From Strigamia acuminata (taxonomy: Eukaryota): a stretch of DNA of 64,000 nt. Positions 1 to 10,600 of the stretch are shown in pieces; the stretch's first letter is position 1, and each line of letters opens with the position of its first letter. Location of the stretch: contig OX442314.1 of the NCBI GenBank assembly GCA_949358305.1, positions 14,198,001 to 14,262,000 on the forward strand, written 5' to 3'. The notes below the pieces were generated by a model that was not told the DNA's origin, ran no database searches, and was given only the letters and a program-made list of their open reading frames with translations. Made by a program: the position numbers and the translations under genes.

Positions 1-98
1 TTCTAGCAATAATAAGTAAAGATTTATCTTCTTTTTGGTGTCAGTATTAAATATACCGTTTGTTAACAGCATTTATTTATTTATTTTTTATTTTTTAG

Positions 99-201
99 AC
101 TCGGAGATGTTGCCATTTGTATAAAAAGACGACGATTTTCAAAACCAACGACGACCGGCCTGGACAACAAAGAAAATGGCGACAGGGATAAATGTAAGTA
201 A
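99..201 (+). CDS. Possible exon (terminal or internal) of an unidentified plus-strand gene entering from the left edge
   Basis: A polypyrimidine tract and AG end at 98. The frame is open (LGDVAICIKRRRFSKPTTTGLDNKENGDRDK) and is followed either by a gtaagt donor at 194 or by an in-frame TAA at 199-201. No homology recognised. Confidence 0.35.
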
Positions 202-320
202 ACAAAATTCGCCAATTTTATTTTTTTTAATTTAAATTACATTATGGTGTACACAATCTACATTTTTAATTGATTTGATTTGTAAAAAAAAATGCAAGTT
301 TAACTATTTTTTTTTCTGAC

Positions 321-3300
321 TTATTTCAACGTAATTTTAAATCTATTACACATTTTGAAGTATTCTCTAAAATGCAATTTACTCGTAAACGAATCATCAT
401 CTTTGCTCCCGCAAACATCGTGTTCAATTGACAACACCGATGTATCGATAACTTGTTGCCGTAAAACAATAGGCCACATGCTCAAATGGGCGCAACAAAT
501 AGAAAACGATTTCAATTTACCACTTTTTACACATTGCAACAAATCAGCAAAAACTGATCGTAATTCGGCCAAATCATCGTCAGTCGCATTCCCAACGAAC
601 AGAGTAATATTTTGAAAATTACATTTGTTTTTCTCCAGAATATATTCCTTGATCTTGTTACAAAACGAGGCCACAGACTGAACGTTGCATTGAACCGCCC
701 AAATAATGAAATCATTAATGGACAGTGACAAAATGCTTTCCTGAATTTCATCGATTCCCCAATACTGCTTATTGCTCCTTTTCTGCAGGTAAATCGCTAG
801 GGTTCGCAGGTTTTGAAACGAAGACAAATTATGCCAGACTTGCGGCTTAAGCGCACTGTCGTCCACTTTCAAAACGATTTCTTGAACCGATTCGTATCCT
901 GCCCACTCCCGCGGTTCGATTTTGTGCAACGTACACAGCAGACGAGTGGTGCAGCTCAATACTTTCATTGTTATCGATGTTAATGCCGTGGCTGTCTCAG
1001 GATTCGAGTCATCAATGTCCAAGTAATGTAGATTCCATTGTTTATCCGACTGCATCAGTTTGACGTTGTGAAGAACGAGACACTTCTCTTGGTGAGGCGC
1101 GAACAACTCCATGTCGAATTCCAAGTTTTCTTTGGTGTTGTTCTCGAAATGGAAAAACGTTAGGCGCGAAATGTGGTCCAAGATTTTTTTGACATTTTCC
1201 ACCGTGGACGAGTCCCTGAATACCAGTTGTAATTTCTCCATTTTGTTTTCCTCGGCTTGCAAGCTGGAAATGATTTTCTCGCCGGCCATTGAATCTTCGT
1301 CTTTGAACTCGCAAATTAAGTTTTGGATGTTTTCCAACCGACAGTCGTTGAAATGTTGCAAATTGGTCAATTTGAATGTATGTTTTTCGATCGTTGGTAT
1401 CGACGTTAAGGAATTAAAAACCTTATTCGCTTCTTCCGTGTCGTTGATGGCGTCGCATTTGCTCAGTAGATTTCGAATATTTAAATTCTGCAGTGCGTCA
1501 ATACAGGTTTGGCCGTTTGCGTTGATTTCCAATACCGGGATGGGTGTATCCGAAGGTAATTTCATGTTAGAATTAATATAATGAATGTACTCGATTCGTC
1601 CGCTTTCGATCCCCAGTTTGATCAATTCTTCGTGTTTTGACGACAGGTAAAACGGCATCAAACTTGAATCTTCCGACTGATGTACATCGTTAGGCAAGAA
1701 ATTCTTATAACTTTCGATCGTTCCGTCCTTTAATCGGCTTTCAAACATCATATTCCATACGAGTATTTCCTGCGATGAGTACACGCTAGCGAAAGGCGCC
1801 ATTTGCACGAAGAAATCCTCGGCCTTATCTTCTAAAAGTCCAATTAAAAATGGTAAAACCAACGACGAATGTCCGTTTTCGACCACAATCGTGTTGATGT
1901 ATTCCATAAAATCCTTATCAAACGAGTATTGGTTCCCTTTGAACTCGGCCACCAATCGAAATGCGACCAGAAATTCCATTAACGACCCGTGGAATATTTC
2001 GTAATAGGTTCGCTCTTTGAGTATGTAGACTTCATTATGGCGCGTCATTAGCCCGAGACGATGCATTTCGTGCGTGAACTTGTCGCTTGCGAAGACCGAC
2101 TTGTCCGGCAGATTCGGGACGAGTAATTTGCTGAAGCCACGAATGAATTCGCTAAACCCGGCCGCGGACAAGCATTTCTCGTCAAATATGTCGAATTCTT
2201 CGTTGTCAGTGTCGATGCTCAACTTGATCGCGGAGTTGACGAATTGTTTGAACAAATTGGTTTTGGTTGTGAATTTCGGTTCGGTTTCCTCGCTCACGCT
2301 GATGCCCAGAAGCCCGAGGAATAGTGGACAGTGGAATAATTCACTCAAGGAGTTCAGAAGTGGCTCGCTTTCAAGATTGGTCAAAACCGCATCTGTTACC
2401 TCGGTTGGGAAAAACTTTTCCAGGAAATTTCGGCGATTTTCTGTTGAAATTCCATGAATTTCCACGCATTTATCGTAATTTTTCTTGTCGAGTAATTCTA
2501 CCGAGTTGGGGGAATACTTGTAACCGGTTCTGCATGTAACCAACAGTGTTGATTTCGGATTTACCGACAAAATCTGCTTGATGGATTCTAAATCCTCCGG
2601 TAACTCGTCGAGACCATCGAGTACGAATAGCGTGTTTTCGGTATTGGCATCCAATACTGCCCGAAATTGATCGTGGTTATCCGCGGAATAAATCGTAGCT
2701 AGCGCTTCTACGATGTCCTTCGCTTGAATTTGGTTCAGATTCCGTAGGGGTAATACGAAAACCAATTTAAAATTGTCGTACGACGTCGCGGAAGCCCAAT
2801 CAAGAAGTATTTTGTAGCATACGGTCGATTTTCCATAGCCTTGATGTCCTTCCAATAGAATTCTCTTCGCATTCGTGCGAAACAAGTCTTGCAATGTCAC
2901 CTCAGATCCGGACGATGTGAGTTGAAATGGGACAAAATAGTCTCTGATTGGTAATTCTTCACCTGGATTTGGAATAAAACATCAATTGGTTACATTATCA
3001 ATGGATCTTAACGTCATTTTAACCTTTTTTCAACCAAGATACGTGCGGTAAAACTGCCTTGTTGTAGATGAACTTGAGTTTCTTTTGTAGTTCATTTGTT
3101 TCTGCTCAAACATTTATAGTTAATAACACGATCAGAGCAAGGATATTTTATGTTTTTTTCATTTTTTTTTTTACTTTGTTCAATTCGTTTGTCTAAATCA
3201 GCTTGATTTTCCACGGAATTTTGTAGGGAATGGTCTTTGCTGGCACTTGGAGTTGGTACAAGGTAGTTTGAAGTTTGGTCCACATTGTTTTGATCATTTG

Positions 3301-3576
3301 TAGGATCACCCCCTGAAATATATGGGAAATATTATTCATTTTCTAAACTCAGTTATTAACCTCTCACCGTTATCTTCGCGTGTTGCTGAGTACTGATGAC
3401 TGCCAGCATTATCAGCTAGCAATGGGCTTTGTTCTGCTTCAGATTCTAGTGACAATTGTAAGTTTTAAAAATTCATTAGTATGCAGTTTTTACGGCGAAA
3501 ATCATTTATTTATTGGCTTATTTATTATTATTTTTTTTAATTTACCGGTTTGGCAGCAGGAACAGGAGTTTCCCAT
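321..3576 (-). CDS. NACHT-domain (STAND NTPase) protein with degenerate C-terminal LRRs, NLR-like, ~988 aa, 5 coding exons
   Basis: Exons 3576-3546, 3445-3368, 3312-3175, 3101(or 3104)-3024 and 2962-321; all introns GT-AG, phase 1, frame-consistent. Motifs: Walker A RILLEGHQGYGKST, FKLVFVLPLRNL, Walker B LFVLDGLDEL, sensor-1 LLVTCR, CPLFL, and winged-helix YEIFHGSLMEFLVA. The C-terminal half has LxxLxL-like segments (LQNLNI, MEKLQL, LHYLDI, LRTLAI, LKSFSI). The NACHT call is firm; the small 5' exons are less certain. Confidence 0.85.
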
Positions 3577-4675
3577 TTTCGAAAAATATTTTTTTTTCCT
3601 TTAAAAAAAAAGGTGCAATTACCGGAAACTGAAATTATTTTTAAAACAAAAATGATTAACGAAATCTTACCTCTTAAATAATGTGTGTAATTACCCAGGT
3701 GGGCGAGGAGTAGAATATTTATATTGATTGAAATAGGTTCGTCTACGTGCTGTATTCAACTGTCAAGCTATTTATCAGTCATGCTACTTGCAATTGTGGT
3801 TTCATCAGGAAACCGTTATCGTTTAGATAAAAATAAAGTTTGAGATCTTGTGACTAAACGTCAAAAGGGCGATAAAAGCTGAGATATCATTTGCCAACAA
3901 TCGTGGATGGGTGTATTAATAAACCATTTAAATCGGACCTTTTAACGCATCGTGGTTGATCGTATCAATACGAAATTAATATAAACTACGTAATGCCTTA
4001 ATAGTACTCCACACAGCTGTTGCTCAGACTGGGGAAGCCAATTCCTAATTTTAGATTTTTAAAAAAAAATACGGAGTAGTTAATTTTAATTTTAACTAAA
4101 AATTTATCACATTGAATGACCAATCAGTTTTACTGATGCCATGCAAAATTATGCAAAATAATTCTTAAGGACATTGAACTCCCTCAAGAACGAATACAAA
4201 CCCTTTTAATTAATTAGCCTCTAGACTGGTCATCACGATAAATTCACAATTTTCTTTTCACGTAGTAATGGTGTTATAACGAATAATTCATCTGAATAAT
4301 GATGATCACGGTCTGGTGGCTAAAATGTCACGCATCCTCAGTGAAGAGTTAAATCTAAACAGTTAATGGTTTTTTTTTTGTTTTTTTTTTTAAAAAAATT
4401 ATTTTTAGAAAAAGAAAATTCAGATAGTGAAGTGTTTTTAAGTTTTTGTATTTGACTTAATGGGTAGTAATTGTTTAATTTTCTGTGTCCTGTCAATGAC
4501 CATGTGATTACGCTTTAATTACTTATAACACTCGAGTTTGCGACGTTGCAAGTATCAAATAATTCAATTTCAATTTAAATAGTTTGTAAAAATTATTTAA
4601 TCGTCGTATAGTTATTATATACATTATGCACAGGTGTATTTCTCTAACTAATTGAAGAATAAATTCAATTGTTCA

Positions 4676-7600
4676 TCAAACATTAGGGGTTGCTAAACTC
4701 AAAAATACCTGAAAAGAAAAAATAAGATTAATTTTTCAATTATCAGTTTTGTTATGAAGTATTACTTGATCTAATGTAGTTTGACTTAAGCTGTAATCAG
4801 CAATACCCAATTGAACTTTATTATTTTCCATTTGTTCAAATAGTTCTGATAAGATTACATCACTTTGTGGAAAACTGAATTGGGCATAATTGCTGTGATG
4901 CTCTTTGACTGTTGCTTTTGGAAAGTGTTCATGTATGAAATCAAATATACCAGGCATGCGTTCTGCATCAATGGCTCGAATAGTTAGATAATATCCACCT
5001 CCCAACCTGAACGAATCACAAAATTATTGAAAATTTTAACAGTTTCGTCAATTTTTTTAGACCTATACCTATTTTTAAGATGTTGTACAGATCCAAAACA
5101 TCTAAAACGACCTCCAACCATAATAGCCAAACGAGTGCACAGTGCTTCGCATTCTTCTAGACTAGAAATAAAATGCAAATTATCCGGAATGACAATGCAT
5201 AAATAATAAGAGATTGAATGTTTCGGAGTTTAGTTGTAGCCATTTTCACACTTAATTGCTATACACTGTGCAGCTACTGTTACATTGTTTTATATTTAAA
5301 AATACATTTGCAGATTTTTTTTACAGATGAATGTATACAAGTGCAAATTCTTTTGGAAAGTCTAGACTATTTACACCATGCACTTTAGGCTGCCCTTTTA
5401 TTAGAATATATATGTTATTAAAGTTTAAGTAAAATTACAATAACTAGTGTAATGGATATAATGTTATTGCATTCAATTACCTATGTGAGGTTAATACTAC
5501 ACTCTGACCAAACTTCATTAAACTTAGGATGCAATTCCACAGAAAGCGTCTGGATTTTGGATCCATTCCTGTTGTTGGCTCATCCTAAATTAAAAAAAGA
5601 TAAGAATCATTTTGAATTACCGCAAATTATATTATATTATATTATATTATATTATATGGTAACCACCCTGGGAGAAGTGGAGGGGGTTGAACCGTTACAA
5701 CTATTCTTGCAATATATATGTGCCATAAATTTTTAAATAAAATTATGTAAATTCATTATGATTAGCATAAGGGAGAGTTGACGAGTTCCCGAGAGACTTA
5801 AGGAATAAAATATTTGTAGAAAACATAGGAACAGGTTTGAAAAGGCGAATATTTAAATGACAAATACAATTTGCGATGTTAAGTTTCTGAAACTAACATC
5901 GCACTTCATTTTTTTAAATAATCACTATTTTAAACATCAAAGTGATAGGCATTCAAATTGACGCCGGGGGGGGGGGGGGGGGAGGTTTGTCGGGTCGAGA
6001 AAATAAATAAACGCCCGGGCGTTAATTTGAAGCGGCAAGGAATACAAATTGTTATTTTTTTTTTTTAATTTCCAGAGTTCCGGGACATTTAAAATTGCCG
6101 AAAACTATAAACTATAAACATATATTAAGCAATGCTGTTTGTTTCGATTACTTTGGACTTATCAAGAGTAGAACACCAAGAAATAACTGTATTTTACCAG
6201 ATAGAGAATGGGAGGGTTTCCAATTATTGCTATTGCAGTACATAGTTTCCGTTTATTGCCACCTGAATAAGTCCCAGCTCGTTTGTTTAAATGAGATTCA
6301 AAGTTAAGTGTTTTCACCGTCCAGTCGACAGCCTAAAAAAACAACGTAAATTGTAAATTATTTGTGCTTTATTTAGTCATATTGAATTTGCACCTTATTT
6401 ATATCTTCTCTGTGAATTCCTTTTAATCCTGCAAAAAATTTCAAATGTTCTTCGCACGTTAAAAATGGATTCAAGGCATCAAATTGCGGGCAGTAACCTA
6501 AATGTTCCCGCACTTGAGGCATTTGCGTTCTAATACTGAAGCACATAGACAAAAACCACAGTTTATTAACTGCAGAGTGGGAAACAAACACTTAATTTTA
6601 CCTGTAGCCCAATAAATAAGCGTTTCCCCCATTGCACATTACATCGCCGGTGAGCATTTTGAATGTGGTGGTTTTACCCGCACCATTTGCCCCCAGTAAA
6701 CCAAAACATTCCCCCTTATTTACACCAAACGAAAGGCGATCAACAGCTCGAAGAGGTGGGTTATCAATATTAGGTGGTTTCCTGCAAAGTTTAGTTCTTA
6801 TAATATTTGTGATCTTAGTAGTCCAAGAATTGGAACCATAAACCTGAAGGGGAAAAAAAAGTATTTTATTAGTATAGCACAAGAATTGCTGAAAAAACAA
6901 TTCAAAATTCCTAAAAATTGATGCTAAACTAACTTTTTCTAAGTTTTGAACTCTAAGTACAGCATCATCGTACACTCCTGCAAGGATTTTATCGCGTTCT
7001 GTTGCTACATCTTCATCTTCGTTTATACGTAGGCGATCTAACGACTCATCAGATATATGTTCTCTACGCAATGAAAAAATTCTTTTAACATTAAATGTAA
7101 CTATACTCTTGTTTGATTCAAAAGGGTGGCCTTCTCCCATTGGCCGAGCCGCATTACTCCTAACTCCAGTCTGTATTACTACCACTAGGAGAAGTAGTTT
7201 TTATTTTTACTATGTTTTGTGAATGCTATTACCATTTAAATTGATATAATTTTAATTCTATTTTATTATAAAATGTTATTTCCATGTAGGAAATAAAGTT
7301 TCATGCACAAATAAATGTAAAACTCATATTTGTTCTGTTTATTGGTTGTTTTGTCTGGAAAGCACAATATTTTGAAATTTTGGCTGTAACCTAGGCAATC
7401 GATTACAATGTCTGTACATTGTAATGCATTTCTGGTGTTTTGGGTCTATATTTTTGGTTCACTACACCAGTGATACGGCTCGGCCAATGGGAGAAGGCCA
7501 CCCTTTTGAGTCGAACAAGAGTATAGTTGTAATACAGTGAGTCCCCTACATACGAACATTCGAGCTACGAACTTTCAGAGACATGAACTTCCAATTTCGC

Positions 7601-10600
7601 AACAGTGCATAAGTTACAATTTTTCCACCTTGTTCACCTATGTTGGACTTTGAAACAATTTGACTTGGGAACGCATTCTCGGAACAGAACTCGTTCGTAT
7701 GTAGGAGGCTCACTGTACCTGGCTTACTTTGATTTGTAAAAGAATTTGTATTCAATCATAATTGTCATAAAAAAACTGACTACACTAATTATTAGCAAGC
7801 AAACAATATTCCGTCCCACAAAGTCCCACTGTAATGGCTCAGCTATCGAGACGAAACCTGCAGAATTACAAAATGAGATATTACAAGTTTTATTCTTACA
7901 ATAAATTATTTAAGTTATACCAAACGCCTGAAGAGCTTCAGTCGCTTGTTGATGAGTTTTCAATTCAATCAATCCACGTCCAAGACAGTATTGAGGGAAC
8001 ACTAGAAACGCTTGTCGCAAAATTATATATATCTCCAATAAATCCTAGAAAAAGTGTTTTAACCACCATTAGATATCATTACATTTCTACATCAAATTGT
8101 GACCCAGCAAACCCAATCATCGAATTTTCAAATCATTTGATAATTTTTTAGTTTGCTGAGATACATGTAATTGCTTTACTTCATCTTCGTATTGAAATAA
8201 TTCTAATACAAATGTGGATAAAGTCGTCGCAATACCAATAAATAAATTGGTACATGACAAAGCCACAAAAGCCAAGCTGGGTACGGAAAAGACAAAGCAA
8301 AATGAATACATCAGCGGAATAGTTGCTAATCTGGAAATGAATCAGCGCGTGAAATCGGTTTCAAACGTTTTCAACATTAGATTTTGTAAGCACCCATAAC
8401 AAACCAGCAATAAAATAACGGGAGTAAAGTTCTTATTTGATGTATAACCAGAATCATCAAATGTTACAAAAATTATGACACATAAGAGAACTGTTATCAT
8501 GTATGTTACCTGCAACGAAACAGTCATCACATTCCATAAGGGCAATTGCTATAATTATTAAAGCATTACTTACGAAATCCCAAAAATAGTTAACAGACCA
8601 ATATACGATTGGTTTGACACCGCTAATTATTTGCAAGTGTTTAAATTTGGTAATCCGTTCATTTATCAAGAACAGGACGAAACTAGCAGGCACAAACGAC
8701 ATGGCGAACACAATGCTAACAGATTGCAATAGCGTAAAGAATCCATAATTTCTGAAATGGGCAAACATTTGATTTTTCACTCAAATAAGAGGTTGCTCGA
8801 TCGTACTGTATACTATCAAATGCTTGCTCAGCTGAAAAGCTAAGCGGATGATTTATAGCACTAATGCCGTAGGACTTGGAGTCGTTTTTGTCCTTTAACG
8901 CAGCTCGCAATATAACATTATTGATGGCATTAAAATATGCCGGTACCGATTCCAAATTTCTATTATTAAACCACACCTAAAAATGCAATCATATTTATTT
9001 CAATTGCGACATTTACTTTTTAATTTTGTAAATTAATGACCTTAATATTACCATGGTCTGCTGGCAGTGTACAAACGTTAGTGGGTTCAGTTGAAGAATT
9101 TAGACCAGTTTGCCACACATCCAACCATTCGCACCAGTTTACCCGAGTTTCGAGGTCGTGATGACCAATAGTGTAACCACCTTGCCTGTTTTTATATAAA
9201 AAAAAAAAAAATCAAAATCAGAATAATTTTATTATTAAATTAAAAGAAACTTTATAGTTGGGGCGTGAAAATCGATTACAGAGACTCAACATACCGTACA
9301 AAATTGCAATTTTACGAGGCCTTTGGTTTTTTCCCCCTTTTTGTCCCCCGCGAACCTAATCCAACCAATTTTTTTAAATGTAATTTGAGATTGGGCTGTT
9401 GCAGTAGATTTAGTCGCAGTATGTACGTGTTCCCTTATAATTTTCATGTACCTATTTAAATAATGTATTTTGTGTGTTCTTTTTATCCAGTTGGTGACGT
9501 TTTGGCTAGTGACATTTGTCAGGTAGTCATCAGTGCCCAGTAAAATTGTTGGTAACTTTTGGTTTTCTAGCTCTGTTGGGCACGTCAGAATTCCAACCGA
9601 ACAGTTACAGGTTGCATTAAAAAGATGATGCAATGGCTGGGGCGCTTTCAGTATTGAGGGACTGTCCTTTAATCCTATACATTCCCTGAAAAATGAAGAG
9701 ATTTTCATTATCAATTTATCGCAGATTAATTTTTAATTTGCATACAAGTCCAAGGGCAGGCCGGTAACGCATCTTGTTCCTAAATGCGGCATGTTGACGA
9801 GCGCGTCAATGTATGATTTAGTTAAATCAATTTTGTTAAATATTTGGCTGTAATCGAAAGAATGCGAACTGATTTGTATCATTTTAATCAAATTTATGTT
9901 GTGAAAAAATCTTACCTAAAGAATATGTAATTTCGTTTCGGTGGATGATGATATAAGTGCAATTCCATAGGTGGGTAACTTGTTATTGGTGGTATAATAA
10001 CTGTCATGACGAAGGCAGCGCATATAAAAATAGCAGGTAGAATAATCTAGTTGGTAAAAAAATATATATATACATTTTTTTTAAATCGCAATGAAATTGT
10101 GAATTGAAGTAAACTTGCCTCGGCAAATATGGATTTCGGATTGCGGGTGGTGTTGTAAAATTTTTTCATACTCAGTGCTCGGAACTGCTGAATCAGTAAA
10201 GGCGACCCAGTTATTTTCCTTAATACTGGAACGTCCGTTCCCTGCCGTGGCTCTTGTAGAACTTCTATAAATTAATTAATTTATTAATTTATACGAATTT
10301 GGAATTTATTTTTCTCCGTACCATGGCTGTCTGTGGAAGTATTTTCAACACTTTCACACACTTTGAGAAATATCTAAATCAATCAATCAAAATTGTGATT
10401 AATTACTGCTCGAGTTTAATTAGCATAATTATACTTAACCTCTTCTAATTTAGAATCCGAGATTCCAAATTCAGTTATTCCTAAATCGTCCTTATATTTC
10501 TCCAAGTCATTCAACAGTGGTTTAAATTTTTCCACATGGACAAAAGGTAAAATAAACGTCAGTTCGTTACCAACATCTTCCTTTAATTCAACATTAGGAA

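Noticed and set aside
355..2539. Plus-strand and alternative-frame ORFs overlapping the NLR exon
   Set aside because: Antisense shadows of a real coding exon with no recognisable motifs.
321..2900. Reading the NACHT ORF as a prokaryotic antiviral STAND/NACHT defence gene
   Set aside because: The window is eukaryotic (spliceosomal introns, ABCA, eag), and the ORF is the last exon of a spliced gene; its GTG start is an artefact.
3770..4046. GATA cluster and kappaB-like ggggaagcc upstream of the NLR gene
   Set aside because: Short motifs are frequent in AT-rich DNA and the kappaB match is imperfect.
6598..7185. 195 aa ORF as a single exon
   Set aside because: It runs through a MITE arm, two ABCA exons and an intron; only parts are coding.
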